Made by a program: the position numbers and the translations under genes. Under the pieces are notes generated by a model. That model did not search any database. It was not told where the DNA came from and saw only the letters and a program-made list of their open reading frames with translations. A DNA stretch of 61,315 bases, the filler included. It is 6 parts of 6 records of this genome, joined end to end, with 100 filler letters (N's around TTAATTAATTAA, not from the genome) between each part and the next. Parts side by side here need not be neighbours in the genome. Positions count along the whole stretch, not along the records: positions 40,046 to 46,710 come from SRR7504441_892; positions 46,811 to 51,936 come from SRR7504441_893; positions 52,037 to 61,315 come from SRR7504441_895; 3 more parts are not named here. The stretch is one strand, 5' to 3'. How positions within the stretch are numbered: position 1 is the stretch's first letter; every line of letters begins with the position of its first letter. Below are positions 45,901-56,019 of this stretch, piece after piece.

Positions 45901-46252
45901 ATAAACGGCTCTGTCGCTGCACCTCCACCAGGTATCCTATCAGCGAACACGGGCTGTACACCACCGCGGAAGTGACCGTGGACCCGACAGTGACTGGCTT
46001 GCTCAGGCTGGGCACAATCTCGTTCTGGGCGGCAGCCTGAAGCATCTCGGTGACCAGCACGGCGTACTTTAGCGTGTCATAGCCCACCGTGTGTGCCCGG
46101 CCGAGCGTGGCGTTGAGCCCGTGAGTGGCCGGCTGGACGGCCGAGACCCGCAAAAGCTGCACCCAGGAGGCCCACAGGTAGGCCGCCAGACCGAGCATCG
46201 AGAGCAGCAGCAGTCCGGCTCGGCATAGCCGGCTGCACACCGTGGGTGCCAT
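42979..46252 (-). CDS. Multi-pass membrane protein with two dCache-like extracellular modules and a short cytoplasmic tail, multi-exon
   Basis: YDVTTYPSY...FWTPPY...IIDFISP...GIFFAD...GEAFIM...MIAAS, and a second copy LMISFTQP...VAGVIAVDV; TM helices at the N-terminus, near 45000-45150 and near 43430-43680. Confidence 0.65.
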
Positions 46253-46551
46253 CGGCCTAGGGCACTGGCCCGGGGAGGTCGGCCGCCCCCCGCCAGGCTC
46301 TGCAACAGGCCGGCAGTGACCCCCGGCAGGGCCCTTCCATGGCACGCGGGGCCCTCGCAGTTGCTCTTGAAAATGGAATGGCAAGGATTCACCGATTGCG
46401 AACTGGACGCAAGACCATCCGAATTTAATTTAAATTTAATTAATTATAAACCGAATTCTAGTGGTCTTTAGTGTGTCCAATGCGTGTTTGGATGGGGCGA
46501 GACGTTATAATTCCTAATCTAGAACTTTCTCTCATGATAATGGCTCGTTAG

Positions 46552-46710
46552 TTAAAGGTGAAGAGAGCTCGAGCCGCTCATCGGTGCCGGCAGCGGGATG
46601 GTCATGGAAGCCCAGGCCATGTTGTAGCCGCCGCCCTCCAGCTTGGGGTCGTACAGTGTCCGTTGGAAGGCCACGCCCAGCCGGTCTCCCTCGCCCTCAT
46701 GAGGCAGCAC
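46552..46710 (-). CDS. 3' end of a gene cut by the contig edge
   Basis: Open frame VLPHEGEGDRLGVAFQRTLYDPKLEGGGYNMAWASMTIPLP...HL* followed by an AT-rich spacer. Confidence 0.45.
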   Translation of the reverse strand: MLPHEGEGDRLGVAFQRTLYDPKLEGGGYNMAWASMTIPLPAPMSGSSSLHL

Positions 46711-46810
46711 NNNNNNNNNNNNNNNNNNNNNNNNNNNNNNNNNNNNNNNNNNNNTTAATTAATTAANNNNNNNNNNNNNNNNNNNNNNNNNNNNNNNNNN
46801 NNNNNNNNNN
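46711..46810. other. Artificial contig-joining linker
   Basis: N-TTAATTAATTAA-N, 100 nt. Confidence 0.98.
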
Positions 46811-46900
46811 ACGGGACCTCAAATTGTGATTCGAGAGGTTTATTGAATCACTTCAATCATGTCGTACATCTCACAAGTGTCGCAAAAGAAATCGAGCGCC

Positions 46901-48187
46901 TTACGCCGAAGCCTTGAGCGGGCCCATCATCTTCTTCTTCTCCTCGAGCGTCTGGTAACGGCCGTGTCCGAACTTGGAGGCAGTGTCGATGAACTTGAGC
47001 TCGATCTTCTCGAGAGCAGGACGCGAGGTCTGGGTCAGGAGCGACTTGCGCAGGGTGACCACACGCTTCTTCACGCCAGTGACGGCGCCCTTCAGCATGA
47101 TGTAGTCCTCGTTCACCTCACCGTAGTGCGGGAACCCGCCGACCGGGGTGATGCCCTTGACGGTCAGGTCGAAGGCAGTGCCAGCGTTGTCCGGAGTCAC
47201 CTTGCCGTCGGCGCCCTTGACGCCCTTGCGGATCCGGTAGACCTTCTTGTTGATCTCGGTACGCGAGTGGTAACCGTTCTGGCCAGCGCGCGGGACCGAG
47301 TAGGACACGCGCGACGGGTGCCAGGCTCCAATACAGGCGACCTTACGCAGACCCTTGTGGGTCTTACGCGGCAGACGAGTCACGCCCCACCGGGTAACGA
47401 CACCCTCAAAGCCCTTACCTGCAGGCCAGCCGAGTGAGCGGGCTGTCCGGGCGGCTGGGCCAGTCACCCTTGGTGATGCCGCAGGTGTCGATCATCTCGT
47501 TCTCCTCGAACACCGAGTCGATGGAGACCATCTTCTCAAACCGCTCCTTGATGAAGTCGACCTTGGCAGCCATGGAGCCGCCGTTGATCTGGATCTCCAT
47601 GATGTGCGCCTTCTTCTGCCGCAGCTTGAGCTTGCTCATCTGCGTGTGGCACAGAGCACGGACAACAGTGCAGTGCTTTTTGATCTTCTCCATCTCGGCC
47701 GCAGCGTGCGCGCCGTCGTTCTCGGCGGCCTTGGCCTTGTAGTTCTCGAAGGCGCGCTTGTTCTTGGACTTGTGCCAGTTCTTGTAGAACCGGCGACGGC
47801 ACTCCTCGGACAGGTGATCGGCCCACAGAGTGGCGATCGACCGCAGGCCGCGAGGGGTCTCGATGTAGCCGACCATGCCGACCACCACCATCGGGGGGCA
47901 TTCGAGGATGGTGACAGCCTCGCACACCTCCTTCTTGTGCGCCTTCGACCCGGGCTTGTCCACCTCGCGGGTGATGTGGGTCATGCCAGCCTTGTAGCCG
48001 GCGAACGCAGTGAAGTGGCAGTCCTTGGTGGCGTCATCCTTGGGGAAGGTCTTGACCTTGCCACGGGCGCGCTTGCAGCGCTTCCGCGGGAGAAAGCCAA
48101 GGGAGCCGTGGCGCGGGGCCTCGAATTTCCTGTGCGACCTGCGCCCACAGTCAGTCCCAGCAGCCGTCGAGCTTCGCGCGCGTACAT
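46901..48187 (-). CDS. RPL3: 60S ribosomal protein L3 (uL3), 3 exons
   Basis: [21 protein letters not shown]...GYKAGMTH...[14 protein letters not shown]...[17 protein letters not shown]...[12 protein letters not shown]; introns 48139-48185 and 47419-47467. Confidence 0.98.
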
Positions 48188-48245
48188 TGTGAGAGCGAGT
48201 CTGAGGCGTTCGTGAATTTCCGTTGCCGACCTCTTGTCGTACCAG
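48188..48245. promoter_or_regulatory. 58-nt spacer between divergent start codons (RPL3 and the HEAT-like gene), containing TTCCGTTGCCG
   Basis: ATG(-) at 48187 and ATG(+) at 48246; the same 11-mer (as CGGCAACGGAA) lies at 7352-7362 in another divergent spacer. Confidence 0.55.
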
Positions 48246-51200
48246 ATGGAGCCACCAGCGCGGCCCGGCGGGCTCCTCGGAGGGGTGCTCCGGCAGCTGT
48301 TTCAGGTGCGCCGCCCTTGCCGCTCGCCGCTCACAGCGGGCCCCAGGGCGAGCTGCGTCCGCTGCTCCGGGCAGCCGCGCTGCTGCCGCCCCAGCCGGCC
48401 GGGGCCGCCCCCGAGTGCCCGCTCTTCCTGTACACCGCCGACCCGCTTGCGCTCCGGATCCTCCGGCCGCTCGCCGCCCGGGCGGCCAGCCTGGACCAGC
48501 TCTGCGCCGAGCTCCGGCCCGAGCGTTCTCAGCGCTGGAGCGACGGCCAGGTGGCCAGGGCGGCGGTCTCGCTGCTCGCCATCAAGCTGGCCGACCCGGC
48601 CTGCGGGCTCACCGACCCAGACCCACTCACCAGCCGGATCGGCCGGGTGCTGCTGAGCGTGGCCCGTGGATCGCTCTGGACCGGCGCCGACGACCTGCCC
48701 GAGCTGGCGGCGGCGGGCCTGGAGCGCCGGCTGAGGTTCCAGGGGCACCACGGGCTGAACCAGTTCCTCGAGGCGGCTCGGCTGCGCTGGGCGGCCGAGG
48801 CGGCCCAGCTCAGTGGCTCGGGTCGGCTACAGGCGCTGGCGCGCTATCAGGGCTCGAGTCTGACTCCCGCGGTGCGCGGTTCGCAGGCGGCGGCTGAGCC
48901 GTGTGCGTCAGCAAGCCGAGGCGGCCGAGCGGGACGCCAGCTTCGCGATTCGGAGCGGTCTGGAGATCGCCGGATGGGGCGCCCGGTTCGGGGCGGGCAC
49001 GGCTGAGGGCGGCGAGCCGGAATTGAATTTGAATCATGTGGCCCAGTTCAAGGAGGTAGCGGCGAGTCGGGGGCGCCGGCCAGCCGAGGGGGCAGCTGCT
49101 GCCGGGGGAAGCCTTCGGGCTGGAGACGAGCGGGTTTCTGCTCCAGTGGTGGGCCAGCCTGCACCTGCACCGGCTGACTACCTGGCAGGCTTGCGAATCT
49201 AGTGCCTGCAGAGCCACTCGAGCCACCCGCGGCTGAGCACCAGGCCACGAGACTGGGCCCGGCGGCCGAGCTGGTTGTCCGTTGGCTCGGGCTCAAGCGG
49301 CGCGGGGAGGTGCCGGAGCACAGCTCGGCACAGCTGGAGCAGGCGGTATCGATAGCTCACGCCCTGGTGCAGCAGCCAGAGATCAGTCTCGCCAGTTGGG
49401 GCCTGAGGCTGGCTGCGGCCGTGCTCGGGTGCGGCGCCCCGATCGGACACGAGCGGGCGGCGCTCTCGGCGGTCGACAAGCTAGTGGCCGAGCGGCAGCT
49501 GATCAGAGCCAAGCCGGCCGTGCTGCTCCGGTGCTTTGGGGCCATCGAGCTCGCGCTCGGGTGCGGCACCGTGGCTCTCGAGTGGCGGACCCGGCTGCTG
49601 GCAAGCGCGCTCTCGCTGTGGTCGCCGCACGGGGGGACGGGCTACTCTAGCACTGCGGTGGAGATTCCGTTGTTTCACCTTTTGGCGCTGCTGCACACTG
49701 TGCATAACGCTGCGAGCCAGTTTGTGGCTGCTGGTGAGCTAGGCCGGCTGGCCGGGCTGACAACCGGGCAGAGCAAGGCTTGTTATGGGACGATCCACCT
49801 GCGCAGGTCAATGTGACCGCCTCGCCTAATCAGACAGGAACGGACATGGCGCGCGTGGCGGTGATTGCCTTCAACTCGGGCGATCCTATGCAGCGCCAAG
49901 CCGCGCCCTTCTGCGCGGCGGGTCTGCTCGCGGCGGCTGTGGCCGGGGCGGGAAGCCGCCCCCCGGGGGAGCTGCTCTTGCCTGGGCCGCCCTGCTCGAC
50001 GCTTGCTGCGATGCTTGCGCGAGAGATAGCGGCGACCGACCCTGCAGCAGCGCCCGCCCGAGCCGCCAACCTAGCTGTTGCCTGTGCCCGCTGCCACCAG
50101 ACGATCCCGACAGGTGTGCCGGCTGGGCGCGGGGCTCACGTGGGGCAGCGGAGGCGCTGCTGGCGCTGCTCAAGGCGGTGTTGCTCTCACACGTGGCCCA
50201 ACTAGATCAGGCACCGACCCCATTGCCGGCCGAGCGAGCCAGGCCAGGCCACGAGCGCCTTCCAGTCAAGCCATCACCGGCCCAGCCCGCAGCTTGCCGC
50301 CGGGATGACTCGACTGGTCCGCACGCGCGTGTTCATCGAAGCCGGCCGGATGGCGCGCGCGCTTGCCGAGCTGCTCCCTCGGGCGGCGCTCGCATCGCAG
50401 CTCGACACCCTCCGCTGGCTCCAACGGTTGGCCGAGCAGCTCTCTCACGTGTTTGCACCACTCGCAGCGGCCGGTTTCCCGAGCGGCGCGCCGCACTGGG
50501 CCGGCGACAGGGCGGGTGGCCGGGCTGAGGCGCTCCAGCTGGCCCAGATAGTGTTTTTAATCTGCACTCTGGTGCTCAGCCACGCAGCTGACATCCTGCT
50601 GGCGCACCCGGAGCTGCTCGCGCCTGCACTGGACGCGCTCGCCAGGGTTGAGTTTGTGCGAGCCATGCTCCCGCTCGGCGCCACGGCTGGCCTGCCAGAG
50701 GTCTGGCTGGCGCTTGGCGCGTGGCTGAGCTGTGCGGCAGTTTCCACTCAAGAGAGCCGGCGGAGCGTACCCAGCAGAGCTGACCGGGTTTCTGGCGGGA
50801 GTGCCTGGTGTGGCCTTGGTTAGGGAGACGGTGGCGGCGGCAGAGGCTGGCCGGCTGCAGCCCGAGAATGCGCTGCTGCTGGCCCGAGTCCGGTGCGTGC
50901 CGGGTTTGGTGGGCCGTAAGGAGAGGTAGGTGGTACTTGCGGGTGGCGGCGGTGAGCTTCAGCTGGCTGCGTGGTAACACAATGGTCAAGGTGCCCTACC
51001 AAAGCGCGAGCCGGCTCAGTGCTGTCGGTAGGTGTTGCTGGTGATGGAAGAGTCTCTCCTGCACCACCACGCGAGCACAGTCCTGTCAGTGCATGCAGCA
51101 TACGCCGCGCTGTTTAGCTCAAGCCACCCGTCTCGAGCTGTGGCCGCCCCACTGTACATCGAGCGCAGCATGCACATGCTCCTCACCTCCGCCGACCCAT

Positions 51201-51733
51201 CGCGCGACGTGCACCCGGTTGCTGGTGCCGTGCGCGCGATGCTCCACGGACTCCACACTCATCCCGACGGCGAGCAGACGCTCACCCGGTCTGCTAGCCG
51301 ATCGGCTTGATCGGCTGAGCCTGTGGCAGCTGCGTTGACTTGCTGTTCCAAGCAGTGCTGCCCAGCTGCGCAGACCCGACAGCCGGGCAGCTCCACCCAG
51401 CTGTGTCCGTACTAGTCTACAGCCTGGGCGAGGTGCCTGGGCCCGTTATTTTATTCGTTTCTGACTGTTGGGCAGGTGGACTTGGAGCAGCTGGGTGTGC
51501 TGCTTGAAGCGCTCAGGCGGCTGCACGCGGCAGCCAGCGCTCCGCTGCGGCCCGAGCTGCTCGAGCTGGTGCACAAGGCGGTGCTTGGCAGCCGGCAGGC
51601 GCACACGCGGGCTGCGGCAGTGGAGTGGTACTTTGGGCTGTCTAACGGAGCCAACCACGATCATGGCCGAATCCTTGAGCAAGAACCTGAGCATGAACCT
51701 GATGCAGTGGCAACCCTCAGCGCTGCACTATAG
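48246..51733 (+). CDS. Multi-exon Leu/Ala-rich HEAT/ARM-like helical protein, possibly Pex8-like
   Basis: Many short introns (first ~48306-48346); C-terminal segments [10 protein letters not shown]...LYIERS and [14 protein letters not shown]...TRAAAVEWY. Confidence 0.55.
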
Positions 51734-51936
51734 CTAAAGCAATTGTTTTTTATGACATAGATCAATTAAGTACTTTATGCGTGTCACGGGGAAAACAGAT
51801 CTTTTATTGCTGCAGCAGAACGCAGCTCACAACGCGGCCGGGGCGCGGGCCGCCTGGAAAACTTGGCGCTGCTCGAGCGGCTGCACCCCCGCACGGCCGC
51901 ACCCCGAGCTGCTCGACGCCACAGACGTGCACGAGA

Positions 51937-52036
51937 NNNNNNNNNNNNNNNNNNNNNNNNNNNNNNNNNNNNNNNNNNNNTTAATTAATTAANNNNNNNN
52001 NNNNNNNNNNNNNNNNNNNNNNNNNNNNNNNNNNNN
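51937..52036. other. Artificial contig-joining linker
   Basis: N-TTAATTAATTAA-N, 100 nt. Confidence 0.98.
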
Positions 52037-52781
52037 CCCCCCCCCCCCTGGAGGGGCGGCGCCTGCTCCAGCATCTGCAGCTGTCCCAGGAAGTTGGGGT
52101 TGGGCGCCGCGCATGGCCGCACCATCGTCACGTGCGACAAAGCCGCCTGCCGGCTCTCAGACCCGCGTCTTTCATCGGCTGATACCTCCAGGCTCTGACC
52201 GAGCCGGCTCATCAGGTAGCCCACCACCACGCTGGCCGAGCGCGACACCCCAGCCTGGCCGGCCGTGTCGGTTGGTGGCACGGGACGGGCTCACCTCGCA
52301 ATGGACCAGCACCGCTCCGTCCCGCCGGGCCCGATCGATGAACTCCCAGCACTCCGGGAGCACCTCTGCGCACGCTCAGCCCCCGGCCAACTGGGGCTCA
52401 CCCAGAAGCTCCGCCTCCAGGTCGTCTTCCAACGGCACCACCTGACGCCGTTTGTCGGCCGGCGCCCGGTGCACCCAGGGCTGCCTTGTATTCGAGGACC
52501 CCCGGGTGGGTCGGCGGGAGCTCCGCGGCCACAGTGAGCACATGGGTGATCTTGCATGCCGCCAGCACCTGCCCCGCGGGTGTGCCCTTTGGCCGGCCAA
52601 GCGCGCACCGTGGCCAGCTGCTCCGCGTCGCGCGAGCCGAGCCATAGCCCGTCTAGCACTTGCTGGACCGGCCGGTGAGCCGCCCAGCCGGCCGGCGCCG
52701 CACGCTCAGGTCCCGCAGCATCGCCACCTCCTCCGCCGGCGCCAGCGCCCCCGGCTCCCTCGTGCGCTTCGCCCCAGGCAT
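52037..52781 (-). CDS. Dual-specificity protein phosphatase, intron-rich, 3' end cut by the contig edge
   Basis: LDGLWLGS, ITHVLTVA, PLEDD, EFIDRAR...VLVHCE|AGVSRSASVVVGYLM and RPCAAPNPNFLGQL; a 40-nt intron splits the HCxxGxSR loop. Confidence 0.88.
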
Positions 52782-52875
52782 CGACGAAGCTCTGGCCAGC
52801 CCCGGCAGCTGCCCGGGCTTGCCGAGTTTTTTACAGCTCATGAGCTGGATTTCTCAGGCAGGCAGTTGCGACGAG

Positions 52876-54227
52876 ATGAGCGCAGAGGAGCTGGGCTACC
52901 CCGAAGCGATGGAGCGGTCGATCGCCTCGATGCCGCAAGCGAGCCTGCCATCCTTCAGCCGGACCCAGTGCGCCCGGCCCCGCCTGGCCCGGCCCGAGCC
53001 CGGGCGGCAGCTACGAGGGCTACGAGGGCAACACTCAGCAGCTGGCCACACGCAACTTCGAGTACACCCGGAGCGCCCCCCGGATGCAGACCCGGGTGCG
53101 GCCCGGGGGGCTGGCCGGGGCTGACTCCCGCGCAGACCGGCGGGTATGGGGTGGACGACGGCGAGCTGGCGGCCACGATCGAGGAGGAGATGACCGACCT
53201 GAAGATGTTTCTCAAAGCCGAGCGCGGGCCCAAGGGCGACGTGGACACCCAGATCAAGAACTTCTACAGAGACAAGTCGCTCCCCCCGGCTCCCCCGGGC
53301 TGAGCCCCGGCCCAGGTATCGCAAGCGGCACGTCGACCACATGACCCAGTCGGCCCAGCAGGGCGCGATCACCGCCGCCGCCCCGGAGCCCCAACCGGAA
53401 GTCAAGGCCACCAACGGGGTGCCACGCCGGTGCCGCCGCCGGTCCGAGCCCGCGGGCAGGTGCTGGCGCCTCGCCCGCGGCATGCGGTCGACTCTTCGCT
53501 CTCCAACGCGATTTCGAACCAGGTCGGCGCCAAGCCCGATGTCGGTTGGAAGCCTCAGATGCCGGACGGCTGGGGCAAGGGTTACGCCTACCAATACGCC
53601 CGGGATCCCGTCCCATCCGCCGCCCGCGGGGTTCCGCTGCCGGCCACGTTCGGCGGGCGCGGCGGTGGCGGCGCGCGCGCGCAGACCCTGCAGAGCCAGC
53701 AGGTGGTTGTTGGGTGTGGGCGGTGGGCTGAGCGGCGGGTGCAGGAGATGGCGCGGGGGCCGCATGAGCGAAGGACCGCCCGGCCTAGCGAGCAGAAGTG
53801 GGAGGAGTGGGTCACATGGCACACGCTGCCCAAGGTAACTGCTGCGGCCACAGACCAGCTGAGCAGCTCGCAGGGCCAAGATCCGCGGGATGCCGACGCA
53901 GGCAAGCCGGCGCACTGGAACACCGGTCGGTTGGGGATCGCGCCGTGGCAGTACGCGCACGGCTCCTCCTCGTCTGGCAAGAAGGGCCGCAACCAGAACA
54001 CGGACCACATGCAGTCGCTCCGTGGAGGCTCAGTCGACGTCTCGTCCTCCCGGATGGGTCTGTGCGAGGGCACGGTGGACGTCAAGGGCTGGTACTCGCC
54101 GAGCGCCCACTCGTCCAACTACCACGACCCGCATGTCGCACACCAGAACCCCGGACTGAACCTGAGGTCAGAGGCTGGACGCTCACACCTGGGAGGCGGT
54201 GGGTCCGTCAGGCCTAACCGGGGCTGA
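52876..54227 (+). CDS. Hypothetical multi-exon protein (3' end uncertain)
   Basis: GC-rich coding segments (EEEMTDLKMFLKAERG, GWKPQMPDGWGKGYAYQY) separated by ~40-nt GT-AG introns. Confidence 0.5.
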
Positions 54228-54943
54228 GCGGCTGGGCAGGCAAGCTCGGGCGGAACCATCTAAAGGAGCCGCAGGACAGCAGGGAGACGTGGCTGTCCGC
54301 CCAGGCACGGCCGCAGGTCCGTGACTATGGTACCGGGACTGGCGGTGGCTGCAAGGGCCGGAGTCCCGTCAAGGACATGCATCAGAGCAGCTCGAGCTAC
54401 CCACTGATCGGGTAGAGCACCAGAGAGTACCAGAGAGCACCCAGCTGTGCTGCCTGCCGACGAGTCGGCGGCAACTGGCACTTGGTTTGTCTTCAAGAGA
54501 AAACGAAAATCGATCCTAAATACTCGTAATCAATATTAAAGAACAATATATATATGTGAGTGAGTACATTCGAAACCAGAGATTACCAGGCAAGAAAACG
54601 TTCATTTTTTGTTTCAATCGCATCTTCAAGCTTTGCCCAAAAATGCGATTGAAACACAAAAAAACGGAGTGGACCATAATTCTATGATTTCTATGTATCA
54701 TGATATATATAATCTCTTATTTTTAACGTGCTTACTCATGTACATATAAGTATATGTTGTGCACGTGTATGTGTAGCTTACTTTAATCCCTGAGCAAAGG
54801 GTACTTAGATGTCATTTGAGCATATGCACAATTGATCAGAGTGTTACGGTTGGTCGTCCGTATTTAACTTCTGGCCCAACAGATGATACATGAGCTACAC
54901 TCAGCCCATTGATTAGCCCTCACGAGCTTGAGCAGGCCACGCA

Positions 54944-55942
54944 TTAGTAGAACTCGGTAATCTTGCCTCGCGGCAGCAGCTTTTCTATCTGCCGCTTGGC
55001 CGCCAGGTCCGCTTGCACCTGCCCGAGCCGTGTGCTTAGCCAGTACCCACCCACCATCGAGTTGACCATCGTTATCACCATCCCACTCCCGCCCGCCCGC
55101 GCAGAGTATGTAGATCTGCCGCCTCGTCACACAGCACGTGCACTATCGTCTTATTATTACATATATATGTATCTTATAAATATATATCATCGCACCGGAC
55201 ATCTGTGTGAGGAATGTCGTAGCTCACAACAATCGGCACCTGCAGCTGGCTCGGCCATCCCACGCGGCCGATGGGCACTTGATCGGTGTACAGCGCAGCC
55301 TTGTCCGTTGTGAGCAGCAAGTGCGGGCTCTTGCTCTGCCCCGCCTGGTCAGCCCGACCTGCCGACCGCCCAGCGCCTCTATGCTCTGTGCCAAGCCACG
55401 TTGCACTAGATATGAACTACTATGCTATACTATGATACTGTACTAGTACAGCTCGCCTCTATACTCTGCAAGAAGTCACGCTGCACTAGATCGAGCTCCT
55501 GTGTGCCGTTAGACCGAGGGGTGCGAGTACAACGGCCACCCGGGAGACTTTGGTGAGCAGCTGAGAGACCTTGACCAGCGGCTCAGCCATGCCGGCCAGT
55601 AGGCGCGCCTGGAAGCCTTGGAAACCACTCAGGACAGAAAGAACTCCGACCGCAGCGCTGCAGGCCTTTCGGTTACCAACCATAGTGCAGGCTGCTGAGG
55701 GACAAGAACAGGGTACGACTGGCTTAACAAGGCTGGGAACGGACCGGCGGTGGTTCACAAACACCACTGCTTGCTTGAGCCGGCCCTGGCTGACCAACTT
55801 GAGCAGCAGCCCCTTCAAGTGGTCCTCCTTCCCCCCAGCTCAGCTGCACACCCGCCTCATGTGTTGCCTTGGCCGTCTCATGTGTGTCAATCGTGACCCA
55901 AAAGTGCTTCTGGGCCGAGCTGTTGGCAGTCTGGTCGTGCAT
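54944..55942 (-). CDS. Stand-alone degenerate DEAD-box helicase C-terminal (RecA2) domain protein, about 9 exons
   Basis: Manual splice gives QKHFWVTID...LKQAVVFVNHRR...LYTDQVPIGR|VPIVVSYDIP...TYSARAGGSGMVITMV...KRQIEKLLPRGKITEFY*, colinear with eIF4A-type motifs IV, V and VI. Confidence 0.65.
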
Positions 55943-56019
55943 CGCGATCTTGTTAATCGACCTGTGTTCCTGAGTGACTGTAGTGCTATACTGCAGTAGT
56001 ACTGTGCTATACTACAGTC

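Noticed and set aside
13044-52036. Five identical TTAATTAATTAA motifs inside N runs as a biological repeat, and gene neighbourhoods spanning them
   Set aside because: Fixed 100-nt artificial joins with stops in six frames; genes across them are not known neighbours
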